From positions 3,038,001 to 3,102,000 of the forward strand of contig CDPCPM010000281.1 in assembly GCA_976551045.1 (NCBI GenBank): a DNA stretch of 64,000 nucleotides, in the 5' to 3' direction. Of the stretch, positions 1-11,480 are shown one piece after another. The notes under the pieces were generated by a model, which was not told the DNA's origin, ran no database searches, and worked only from the letters and a program-made list of their open reading frames with translations. Positions within the stretch are counted from its first letter, which is position 1; the number at the start of each line of letters is the position of its first letter. Position numbers and translations under genes: made by a program. The stretch is from Glaucostegus cemiculus. Lineage: Eukaryota.

Positions 1-258
1 TGGGAGAAAAGGAACTGTCAACATTTCAGGTCAATTGCATGGGCAGGTTGGGTGAGTGATAGATCATCAATTCAAAATACTAATTGTTTCGATCTTCTTA
101 AATGCCTGTTGAATGTGTCTAACATTCTCTCTTACTTCACGTTTCCAGCAGTTGATGTAATTTTGTACGCTAAAAACCCCTTCTATATATTTTACTGCTC
201 ATATTTGGATCTGGTTCTTTTGATAGGTGGGATTACTCCACAGTTCTAGCCAAGCAAT

Positions 259-680
259 ATAAATGCTGGGTGGAAACCAGCAGCAACATTATAAAGCAAC
301 ACACAAAAAGCTGGAGGAGCACAGCAGGTCAGCCAGCATCTATAGAAGGAAATGGCCAGTCCATAAATGCTGGTGCAACGTATAAAGCACTGGAGGAACT
401 CGGTAGGTCAGGCAGAATGTACAGAAGGAAATGTTCAGTCAACGTTTCTGGTGGAGACCCTTCAACTGGGCTGCCTCAACCCTAAACATCGAGTGTCCAT
501 TTCCCTCCGTGGGTGCTGCCTCACCCGCTGAGTTCCTCCAGAATTTTGCGTGTTGCTCCAGGTTCCAGCATCTGCAGTCTCTTGCATCTCTGGGAGTCCA
601 TTAATGCTACCTGACCTGCTGAGTTCCTCCAGCTTTTCTGTACGTCACTCCAGATTCAAACATCTGCAGTCTCTTGTGTC
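259..680. mobile_element. Nested or tandem inverted-repeat elements of the Penelope-type pseudo-LTR family
   Basis: Family motif ctggaggaactc..ggtcaggcagcatc..ggaaatg occurs at ~311 and ~389, and its reverse complement at ~498-590 and ~604-680. The same family recurs at 43.7, 50.2, 50.8, 53.4 and 60.4 kb. Confidence 0.7.
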
Positions 681-999
681 AGCAACCTTACAAATGCAAG
701 ATCAAGTGCGGATGCTAAATAATGTAATGATTTTAGGATTGGCTGAACAGCTCTGAAGCAGATAGCAAGAAAGCTCACTTTTAAATTGAGTTTAACTGGA
801 TATAAAAGTTGGTCAGTTTTCTGATTTCTTCTGACATAACAGTAGAAAGTTTTAGGTCTATATGAATTATTCACATGTTCCTCTGATGCCTTTCTATTAA
901 GAACTGAATTTTGACATCCATTCACACTATGTAATTATGCTTCATTTCTCCTTGTGATCAGAGGGACGCCGTTCAAAAATCTGTCCACAGGATTCCAGC

Positions 1000-1366
1000 A
1001 GGTTCTGGAGAATAAACGCCCTGGGTTGTAACCACCAGAAGGGGACGAGCGGTGACTGGGAGGGAGCGGCCCCGCACACCCGGGCTCCAGCCGCCCGGAC
1101 ACGGCGCCACGCCGCCGGGGACCGGGACCCCCGTCAACAGGCCCTCGCACGCCGCCCGCCCCTGCAGCCCCCGGAGCCTCAGCCACGGCCCCCGCTACCT
1201 TCATCCTCCTCGTCCTCCGGATCTTTAAAAGTCGGCAAAGGGTTTAACAACTCCTCCAGCTGCTGCGCGATGGAGGCCGCCATCTTCCTCCTGCCTGCAG
1301 CCCGAATGGAGCCTATTCTGGATGACACACATCCGATTGCAGAGACGACTTCCGGCTCCGGCTCCG

Positions 1367-1370
<4 letters not shown>
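1000..1370. promoter_or_regulatory. CpG island and AATF promoter
   Basis: GC- and CpG-rich stretch around AATF exon 1. On the minus strand, the ETS/GABPA motif CCGGAAGT lies at 1348-1355 and the YY1 motif AAGATGGCGGC overlaps the start codon. Confidence 0.75.
1199..1283 (-). CDS. AATF: AATF (Che-1/Bfr2 family) coding exon 1; the rest of the gene lies beyond the left edge of the window
   Basis: ATG at 1283 in AAGATGG context translates MAASIAQQLEELLNPLPTFKDPEDEEDE, then a phase-1 donor G|GTAGCG at 1198. This resembles the recalled AATF N-terminus (QLEQLLNP..DPE). AATF lies just downstream of LHX1 on the same strand in human. Confidence 0.88.

Positions 1371-1422
<52 letters not shown>
1370..1422. 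repeat. Compound microsatellite (CT)n(CA)n
   Basis: Directly visible, immediately upstream of the AATF promoter motifs. Confidence 0.97.
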
Positions 1423-3562
1423 CTCACATTTCTCTTACGACCCTCAACTTGCTTAAGATACCACTTATCACAGTAATCTTTTGGGGGATATCCTTCCCTA
1501 TAATTTTATGAACAAGAAACTGCATAAATATGATAATAATGTTAGCAACGTTATGAATCAAAGTAACGCAGCCTTAAAAAGGCAAATAATATTTATTTCT
1601 CTCATACAGCAAGTGAAATCTCTTTAGAATTCTTATAAAATTGGTCGGCAAGTATTTCGTCTTTATTCCTTTAATCTCATGGGTCTCAAGGCTTAAAATT
1701 TCCCAAGTGTTGAGGCTTTTAGCGTATTAGCAACAAAGTAGAATGTATTAATATTCAGTTGCTGCTCAGCTGCAAGAGTTATGACAGTGAAAATATTAGC
1801 CACTATTATTTCAATATATCCATATGATGAATATAGTGAGAGCGAAACATACAATACTGTAGCAGTGACTCTCGTTATTATCCACCAAAGCGTCTTATAT
1901 ATGAATCCTCTGATAACATGATTATATTACCATATTAAAATATTCATAATGGGTGAATAAATATGATTGAAAATTTATTGCCGCATCTTTCAACGTTATG
2001 GTTTATTATTTTAACGCAGTTTTTAAATTAATATACCCAGTTGGATTAAACAGGTGTTAAAGTATGAAATACAATTTACGTTGTTTAATAAAATTGTTTT
2101 AAACATTAATAACGTATATTTATTGTCGTCTCAGAAAATATAAAATTAACTTTATGATAGGTCATCTGGGGAAAGATGGAAGGGTTTTCAAATTATTTTG
2201 GCATTCCATCAAAATGTACAGAATAATAACAATAACATAGCGGCAAACGTGATATATGTTGTTTATCCTATCAGTCTGAAACCTCTCAAGAAGAACCAAG
2301 GAATTTGCTTGTGCCCAGATTGTATTCGAGAGGATGGAATGACAATTTGCAATCCATGTATATGGAAAGAGTACAATAAAGTATAGAAGTGCAATTTCCC
2401 ATCCAGAAAAGTGAAATCGACCGGAGCCTTATACAGTTACCAGCGAAATCCTTTCCTAATTATGTCACTAAAGCAACTTATATTGCCGATAACGCAATTT
2501 CAACCATTGTTCGTAACTCTAAAATCATTAATTCTGCACCAAAATTAGAAATTTGATTTTCCCCGTATTTTTGGAGGTTTGGGTTACGAATGTTATATTT
2601 TGAGGATATATTCGGAGTATTTGTACATTTCTTAAATCACGGTTTGTCACTCATTTAGATGCCTATGTAACACATCGTTCTTCATATGCTATCTGAAAGA
2701 AGAACATCAAATCGTTCTTCAGCAGTTAAAAATCAACACCGAATTTGAAAGACGATTATTCATGATGGAGGAAAAATTAGACGTTACACTGAATTTGTAT
2801 CTTTGTGGTTAAAAGCCCCAATCGCGAGAACGAAACACCTCTTGCGGTTATCCATTCGCCATAGATTCTTGTAATTAAGGGACAAGTAAAAGACCCCGCT
2901 TTGGTCAATGAATCACAATTTTAAGACTTCCCACTGCCCCATTTAAAGCAGTGAAACTCTAAGCACTTTTTCAATTATTCTCATGAAATGATACATTTTC
3001 ATATCGCTGAGACTGGTGTCAGGCAATTGTTTTATGCAAATATTAGTTCATAACATTAGAAACAAGGCCACAAGTTATTAATTATCAGATAATAAATTTA
3101 AATAACAGCGAACAGCTTTTCTTGAAATTTTTTTTATTCCTCTTCTAACTATTCAATGTGAGCTTTATAACTCGGTAGAATTGAAACAGTTAATTTTAAC
3201 ATTATATTCATTTAAAAAACAAAGACCACGAGGAAGTCCTATTTTTATGTATTTACATTTTTTACGGCGATTATTTTATCTGAATTTTTAATTTTAGGTT
3301 ATTTTGATTAACTAAAATTACATTCCATTTAGAAATAGTAGGCGTCCATTTTAATACAAAGAAGCAGAGATAAGGTGTGAAGTTTTTATATGATAATTTT
3401 TGGGTAGTTAGTTCAGTAAAATGAATATTCATAATAAGATAATATTCTGAATTAAAATGAGTAGAGACCTAAAATCAACCAAGAAACTTCCAGTTCGTTC
3501 TGCCACAACACCTTGTTCATAAACAGAGCACTGACAGTTAAAGACATTAAAACATCAATTTT

Positions 3563-3587
3563 TTTATTAAAAAGTCACAAATTTATT
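3563..3587 (-). terminator. Candidate LHX1 polyadenylation signals (two AATAAA)
   Basis: tttatt on the + strand at 3563-3568 and 3582-3587, followed on the minus strand by U/GU-rich sequence. Implies a 3' UTR of about 1 kb. Confidence 0.6.
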
Positions 3588-4570
3588 CAACATGTTTTTT
3601 TCATTTATACAGTGAATGGTCTAATATGCAACGGAGGTCACAGAAGCTTAGGCCTATCATTATGACAAAAATTGATATCATGAGGAATTCTATACTGTAT
3701 AAAGAAAAAAGTAGCAGCTATCAACTGCATATTTGACCATGTAGTAAAATTGTTTAAATATTTGACCTTTCGTTTCTGTAAGACACAAAAATAAAATCCT
3801 GTATGAATCTATATGAGCATTATTAACAATATGAATGACTTCTATGAGAGAGCTAAAAATGAGCAGAAAGTTTATTTTTAACACTCTCTTTCCGAACACT
3901 TTCTCCAGTGGATGGTGCAATGCACCTACAGTAATTGTGCTATGACTTATCTATTTGGCACCTTTCTAGTTTGTTTCTCCGCTTTTGTAAACATACGCAA
4001 AAAAATCACTCTGTACAAGCTGGAGCTGTGAACCAGAACTCCAGTAAAATTTTTTGTACATCTTTTGGAAACAAATAAAAAGGTTTGGTTACATGATGCC
4101 CGTTTGTTCAACTCAGATCAAGAGGTTCTAAAATGTTTTCTAAAACATTAAACTCCTGAATTAAATATAATACGTAAACAGTAGACTCTTTCAGTTCATT
4201 TATGAGCTTCTTTTTGTTGTTCAGCTTTGTGTAGGTAGAGTAGTTTGCGTTGAAGTCTTGAGGGCTCCCGAACGCCTTTGTCTTTTCTGAAATGTGTACT
4301 TTTTGGGTTTTAGAAACTCCGCTCAAATGCCGTCCCGTTCAAAACTTTGTTGCTCCACTAACTCGTTGCAATTTCCTTCTCGTCTGAGGCTTTCGCTTTT
4401 TTTTTAGGGAAAAAAAATGTTATTTCAGTATTTTTGTGACGAGTTTTGTTTGATGGTCTGGCCTCGTTCCTTGCTGACCGGGCAGCGAGCGAATTGTCTT
4501 TGGGGTGGGATAGAGCGCGGAGAGGGAGACACATTGTCAATTTCAGTAATTTCCGTCAAGTCGGACGTCG

Positions 4571-4965
4571 TTACCAGACGGCTGCCTCATTCATTTCCGG
4601 AGGCGGGTGTGACAAATGGTTGGTGTATCCCCCATTCGTGAGAGAGAAGGACGGGCTGGGACCCGGGCCGAACACGTCCGCCGCCATCGTGTGCATTGAC
4701 GGTCCTGTTAGCCCCGGCTCTGGGCTGGGAGAGTCCCCGTGTGAGTGAGAGATCATGTCGGTAAACCTCTGGCCGTCGCCTGGTCCCGGAAGATTGCTCG
4801 GGTGGTGGCCGGGCAGTGGATGCTCGAGTCCGCCGAGTGGGGTCGCCCCAGGCCCGGAGGAGGGCACAAATCCCAGATCCACCGGAGTCTGAGCTTGAGA
4901 TGAGGGAGGACCTTGAGGGAAGAAATCGTAATTGCTTCCAGGGCCGTAATACTCAGTCTGATAAT
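4571..4965 (-). CDS. LHX1: LHX1 coding exon 5 (C-terminal region, stop TAA)
   Basis: Acceptor ccacag|AT, phase 1, 395 nt. Encodes [31 protein letters not shown]...[12 protein letters not shown], the LHX1-type C-terminus. Confidence 0.96.
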
Positions 4966-7900
4966 CTGTGGAGGCAAAAACACGAACAAATAAAGCTACA
5001 TATGTAACATTAGGCAATCTTACACATTGCGGTTGCAAGACTTCAAGTACATATAAACCCCAGAATTAGTAAATTCCGTAAACAGATATTAGGCTTTCTC
5101 GGTAAGTATTAACAAAGCGTTGATCAAAAGCAAAACGTGAGAAAAGAGAAATCATTTTGGAAGCATAATGGAATTATACAAAATTCCTTAAAACTTAACG
5201 TGATAAAGTATGAAATGTCTAACTTGGGCTTGCATTGCGAATACATTAGAACTGAAATCGGTGATTTTGGTTTAACTCCTTTCCACATTCGCTTAGTGTC
5301 AAATGGAAGCAGCTCCAAATATAATTGGCCCTTAAATATACTAAACCCCAACCTAGTTAATCCGCTTCCAAGACACAGATAGGTTTACAATTTGATTTAA
5401 AGATTCAACCAATAGAAAGCCTTGGGCATTTATACCCAAATTATTTCATTTCATTGTTATTCTTTGTAAACCACTCAGATTGATCTGCGGTCAACATGAA
5501 ATCTGTGACCAGGAACTCAATCTTCACATATCTCTGGGATCCACAGAGTCCTGTGTTGAGATCTGTAGCAATGTGAAATAAATCGGGACCAACGTCCGAA
5601 GAGACCTAACTGTATTAAAAAACCCTTCCAATTCAATAATGTACAATTATATTCAAACAAAATCAAATATTTGCAAAATTATGGATATGTTAATTCTTGG
5701 CGGCTAAAACATTTATTAAATTCTTTCACAGCTATGGAACAGACATCAAGAACAGTTTCTTTTTTTGTGTGGGGGTACACTTAATTATTTTCTCTTTTTG
5801 CTGGTGCCCCTTGTATTCTAGCAACCCGAAAACGGCGGATCAGAATCATTCTGAATTCAGGATGGAACGCGCAAAGTGCAAGGGAAACACAAACCATGTT
5901 TTTGTTCTAATTTATACCCTATTTGTAAATCAGATTGACATCTTTTTCTCCCTCTAAAGATTTCATTTCTGTAAGTGAAATTGAAGCAGATGTGATTGCA
6001 AACAAACGCTTGGGAAACTATTCTGTGTTATTAATCCTTATCACACAGAAGGTCTGGCGCAGCAGGGACCCACTTTTTGAATAATGCTCACTCATTTTAC
6101 ACAATCGCAACCGCTCTCACAAAAACACCACTCAACTAGTCATTTTAGAGCATTCGGCAAATAACAACCTGCCACGTTAGAATCGTAGCTTGAAAAATAT
6201 TGTAAAATAGTTTATTATTCTGAACCGAGTTTTAAGTCTGCACGCGAAATTGTTAGTTGCACGATTCAGTAAAAGTGTTTTGAAAGTAGTTTTCTATCTA
6301 AATGCTTCACAGGTACTAATGTCATTTCGCATAATTCTAAAATCCTGGCATTTAAAAACAATACTTCATTTACCAATAATAATACTTCCCCAAATCGTAA
6401 TGAGATTTTTTTTAAAAAAGCAGTTAGTACGGAGTTAAGTGTTAAGGATTCAGTCAGTCCCTTTGACAAGTGTTCTGAAATTCATCCGGATCTGCTTTTT
6501 TTTCCCCCGTAAAATGCATTTTTGTTTGCTTTTCAGCTACGGCACTCTGCCTCCGACTAATTCCTTTCTCCAATTCAGCCGGAATGCCTGTTAATTTACA
6601 TAAGTAAATGAAATGGAGAATATGCGTACTAACATTGGCCACCTCGACTAAGCTAAAAGATGAATGAAAATATTCCTGGGACTTTAAAATCAGCCAATAG
6701 AATTATTGAAAACTTAAGTGCGCTCATGTCCGAACTCATTTTAATTTCAAATTTGTTGTTTCAGTGTGAGATGGAACATAGGGGGATCCCTGCCAGTTGG
6801 TCCGATTGTCGCTGCGTTTAAAATAGCGTTTTAAAAATGTTTTCTTTTTAAGGTACTTGAGAGACAAACCTAACAGCAATTAACAGCCCAGAACAATCCA
6901 ATGTGAATTTAAAAAATCATCTTGCCAATAGTGCATATTTAAAGAATGCTTAAAGCAAAAAAAATGCTGTTTTTAAAATAATTATACATTATATTATTCC
7001 TGTGAAATTAATATTAAAATGCAAAATTGTGGCTTAAGTATAAACGTTTTTATTTGAGTGGGTTAAAGGAATGTGGTTGCAACATTTACGCTTCGTGCTA
7101 CGGTCTTGTTCGAACCTCCTACTTATGCTGTACATTCACGCCATATTAATTAACCCCATCCCCTCCTGCGTGCTTATTGTCTTTCCATGTTCTCGCCATC
7201 AAATAACAGCGAGTCTGCTGTTTACAATCTACTGGAAGCCCCACCAGTATGTCACTAAACACAGACACGGAAACTTTCTAAACAACAAAGTTGACAAATG
7301 TTGTCCCAACCGAGTTGTACCGGCGAGATCTTTTCGACATCTCGGTAAATATATAAAATAATAACATTTATAACGTGTTCACTCTAATATACCTAAAATA
7401 TCAATACTATAAATAACATAATTCAGATACAAACAAATCCCAGACCCTATTCTAACTGTGCACTGCTCTGAATAGAATCGAGCCATTATAATTCAAACAG
7501 GAGCAGCTACATCAGGTAAGTGTTTTATTAATAGGCATTATAATTAAAAGGTAAGTATTTATACTATTGTATTACTTTTCCCGTGACGAAATGGTTAAAG
7601 TTAAAATAAGAAAATATATAATACATAATATATAGCAGTATAACAAGTAATACATTTCCATTTTTTTCAAAATAGTTATTTTAAAAATGCGATGTTCTTT
7701 AACTTCATGGCATTCTCTACTTTGGCATGCTCTCCAAAGTCTCTATTGAAAAATAAAATCTACAGTTAAAACCAACTTAACATTACCTAGTTTTAATAGG
7801 AATACTGGAAACCTTTAAACCTATTTTTAGAACTTGTGTATCATTAGTAACCCCAATCCTATGGGAATACATCATTCTCCCGTTCTCTGGGTCTTTTTTT

Positions 7901-8156
7901 ATACAAACTTATGTGCATATGGGAACATATGGTGTGATTATTTCAGATCTTTTTGTATATTCCCGTGGTTATCCTAAGCGGGCCATTTATTGTAGACACT
8001 ACTTTTGGAGGTTTCCTGTATCTCAATGGGATATTGTGCTGCTTAGTTGATTCTGTACATGAAACTGATCTGACATTGACAAGTAGATGGTTGAGAGAAA
8101 AGATATACTTTAGCCTTAAAATAGCACGGAGAGTCTCTTCGTATAATCAGTGATTG

Positions 8157-8178
8157 AATAAGTCAATAATAAGTCAAT
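8157..8178. repeat. 11-bp tandem duplication (aataagtcaat)x2
   Basis: Directly visible in LHX1 intron 4. Confidence 0.85.
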
Positions 8179-8321
8179 AAATGGCTAACTTCATACTGTA
8201 TTTCAATTGTCCGTCAATACATGACTGTAAAACTGAATTTGCAGCCTCTTTCTCATTAAATAAGTAATCAGTTTTTAAGCACATCCTGGGGAGTGTTTAA
8301 CAGAAATGAATTGGGACTTAC

Positions 8322-8487
8322 CCCCGTAGTAATTGAAAGGGCCGTTTCCCATCATGTCAGCCCCGTCGAGGCGATCTCCCAGGGGTCTCATCCGTCTGGG
8401 GCTGCGGAAAAACGCGTGTCTACGAGCCCCTAAAGCACTCAGCTGCTTCATCCGCCTCTCCTTGGACCTCCTGTTCTGGAACCAGAC
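8322..8487 (-). CDS. LHX1: LHX1 coding exon 4 (homeodomain helix 3 and downstream)
   Basis: Acceptor ctccag|GTC and donor G|GTAAGT, 166 nt. Encodes [40 protein letters not shown]...YYG. Confidence 0.97.
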
Positions 8488-10285
8488 CTGGAGCACAAAG
8501 CAGCCACGAGAATCCTTTTATTTCGACAATCCTGAGTTAATATTAAACCATACTTAACAACGTAAACACTAGCCTTCCAATCCCATAGTTTAGAATTAAG
8601 GCAAACCTGAAGCACATAAAAGCTTTGCTTTAACTACACTGCAGCATTAATCTCAAACCAGTCTTGAAACGCAGGTTGCTGATGTTTGCATCATCCTGTT
8701 TCATAAGACGAAGAAAAGCCAGAAACCTTGCCCAGAATTAAACATTAAAACGCATCAACAACAGTCTTGCCAAGTCTCTCAATGACGTCCAATCGATTCC
8801 TGATTCTTAGAATACCATTCAGCATTTGGAATATGTTTTGGAGTTTAATTATAACTCGACTTCCTTCTGCATCTGCAGAATCAGGAAATATGGTGGAATA
8901 ATTGTCATATCTTGCGAAAATAACATTCGAGAAAGTAAGTAACTCTTAAAATGACAAAAAGGTAAACATTTTTTCACGTTATAAAATTGAAAATAATGGG
9001 CACATTATTGTTCGAATTTTAAGTTTCACAATGTTATAATAAGCAAGCATTTAATAATGCGAAGATTACACTGAAAATGGAATGAATGATTAAAACAGTT
9101 TGTGCAGAAGCGATATGAAATTGAAAAAAAATTACAAGAGTACAACTTGTTTTGTAAGACAGGTGAAGGGTTGTGAAACTGATTCCCGTTGCTCTGTAAG
9201 ATTATAAGTAATTATTGTCCCTGGCCTGGGGCTGGTGCGCTCTTTATTTAACCCAGGTCACCAAAGTGACGGCCTTATCCTTTGGGTAACCTACTTCACA
9301 ACTCTTATTCCACAGTTCGAACAAGTGACGACAGTGTTTCCATTCTGCACTCCCTGTCTGGTGTTACTACCCCATCCCCATTACAGCAGAATCGCGTTTC
9401 TCTCTCTGCTGCCTCAGATCTGGGGCCCTGTTCTCTCCACCCAGTCCAGAGCTGAAGCTGCCGAGCCCATAAAACGCTTAGTTCTTTTCAAGTAGGACCA
9501 CTTTAATTGGGATTGGGGTGGGGGTCTCCATTCTCGCTCTTACGCTCCAATTCGTCAGTTGCCCCACCATCTACTCGGGTATTCCTGTCCACTTTCCCTC
9601 GCACTTTCTATCTGCTAAACAGCGTGGCCTCGGACAGTTTACAGTGCTCTACGTTGCTGGTGGTATCCCGGTGGAGTATTTCTCTTGTTTCCAGCTTGAC
9701 AATTGTTCGCACTGTCCTGACCACAACACAACTACAACCGCCCTCTTTACTTCTATTTGCTTGGACCCGGCTTGACCTCTCGGGTGCAGACTTGTGAGTC
9801 CTCTCGGCTTCCCGTGTTCATTTCTATCATATTTTACCCGAATAAGGAGGTCTGTTTACCTAGCTTTTCTTATTTAGCCTCGTTTCTTGTGTTATATACT
9901 TTGTATACGTTTCTCTACTGCGACGTAATCTATGGTAATCTATCTTTTTTTGTTACAAGAAACCTCTCGGAGGATTTATCCAGACCCAATAGTAGCCACA
10001 AGCAGCTTCCGCTGGTAATCCGCTGGGAGTTCGCCATCTACCCACTTGTCATGTTTGGATGGCTTCCCCGATTTAAGTGTTCTTTATTACTATTTCTCAT
10101 TTCCAAATATCCTTACCCTCATCTCCTGAAGCACATTTCCGTTTAAACACTCAAACGCTTCTCCGTAAGTTTTATATTGACCCTAAATAGTTGTCCCTCC
10201 CCCCTTCACCCCCTCCGAGCCACCCCGACCACCACTCCGTGCTTATGTTGAAATTCGCACCCTCGGTTCCGGATGGCTCGCCTAC

Positions 10286-10563
10286 CTGTATAACCCTCAT
10301 GTTTAGCCCGGTTTCCTGAGCCAGTTGCTCTCGGATGTGCCTCGTGGGTTTGGGGGTGGCTGCAAAAGCCGCTTTGAGAGTTTCCAGCTGTTTTGCTTTG
10401 ATGGTTGTGCGGGGTCCTCGGCGCTTGGCTCCCAGGTTCTGTTCCTCGTTCTCGTTATTGGCAGTCTCTTTATCTGAAATATTGGCGCTTTCTGAGTCCT
10501 TTGTGTCATCTTGTAAATGATCTTGAGAATCCGGTGATAAACTTTGATCGCTACATGCCGTTA
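10286..10563 (-). CDS. LHX1: LHX1 coding exon 3 (linker and most of the homeodomain)
   Basis: Acceptor gtacag|TA and donor CAG|GTAGGC, 278 nt. Encodes [14 protein letters not shown]...[47 protein letters not shown]. Confidence 0.97.
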
Positions 10564-11256
10564 CTGTACAACACACAAAATGACGTGGGATGAAGAATGG
10601 GTTCACATCACGTAAATAACCGATTTAACGATGATAATCACCGAGATTTTATTAATAATTAATATATAGCCCCTTTGGAGCGCCGCTTTACTGCATTTTA
10701 ACACGTTAAAATGAAATATTTACCAACGCCCCAGCTTTAGATGACATGATTTTAAATTAACTAACTGTCCGAATTAATCTTCCCCAAAGCGTATCATTCG
10801 TACGTTGTGGTTATATTAAAATGAAAATGCAAAAACAAAAAAGCACGGGAAAAAAAAAGTTTAGACGTCTAATCCGGAACAATGGACATACAGAGTAGTG
10901 TCACTTAAAAGCTACATTAAAAAAATGTACATTTCGCTACTCGCCATAATGCATAAATTAGTAAATGGTGTTTAAATCACCAGTAAATAACTGCTAAAAT
11001 GGACAGCAGTCCGCGTTGAGGGCGAGATGGGTCTTAAAACCATATCGCTGTGTCTGCTAACCATTGAAATAATATATAACACATTGTTTCGTAAAGTATT
11101 CAATTTGTTAAAACACCCGAGACGAGGTAACAGTAAAGCTATAAGTTATTGATCAACAATATTAGAGTAAACAGTTACAGGGCCACACTGTCACCCAGCT
11201 TCCTAATGAGCATAAATAAATATACACATATAAATACAATGAGGATTTGGCCTTAC

Positions 11257-11480
11257 GTGACAGCGAACCGTTTTCTTTCGAATTATTGCTGTTTAAAAAA
11301 TCGTCTTTGCAAACAAATTTGTTTTCATCGATGATGTAGAGCTCTTCTCCGGTGGAAAGTTGTTTGTTGCATATCATACAAGTAAAACAGTTCAGATGAA
11401 AGACTTTGCTCCTCGCTCTCCTCACCAGATCGCTCGGGGAGATACCCTGATAGCAGCCGGCACACTTGGTACCAAAACGA
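11257..11480 (-). CDS. LHX1: LHX1 coding exon 2 (LIM domain 2)
   Basis: Acceptor tttcag|T and donor C|GTAAGG, 224 nt. Encodes [61 protein letters not shown]. Confidence 0.97.

Noticed and set aside
935-1476. ORFs 935..1204 (-), 1225..1422 (-) and 1270..1476 (+)
   Set aside because: By-products of the GC-rich island and the microsatellite. The real coding segment is AATF exon 1 in a different frame.
4358-5007. Several overlapping ORFs around LHX1 exon 5
   Set aside because: Antisense or alternative-frame shadows of a GC-rich exon, with no recognisable domains.
9235-10146. + strand ORFs of 85-129 aa in intron 3
   Set aside because: Pyrimidine-rich intronic sequence with non-ATG starts and no domain-like content.
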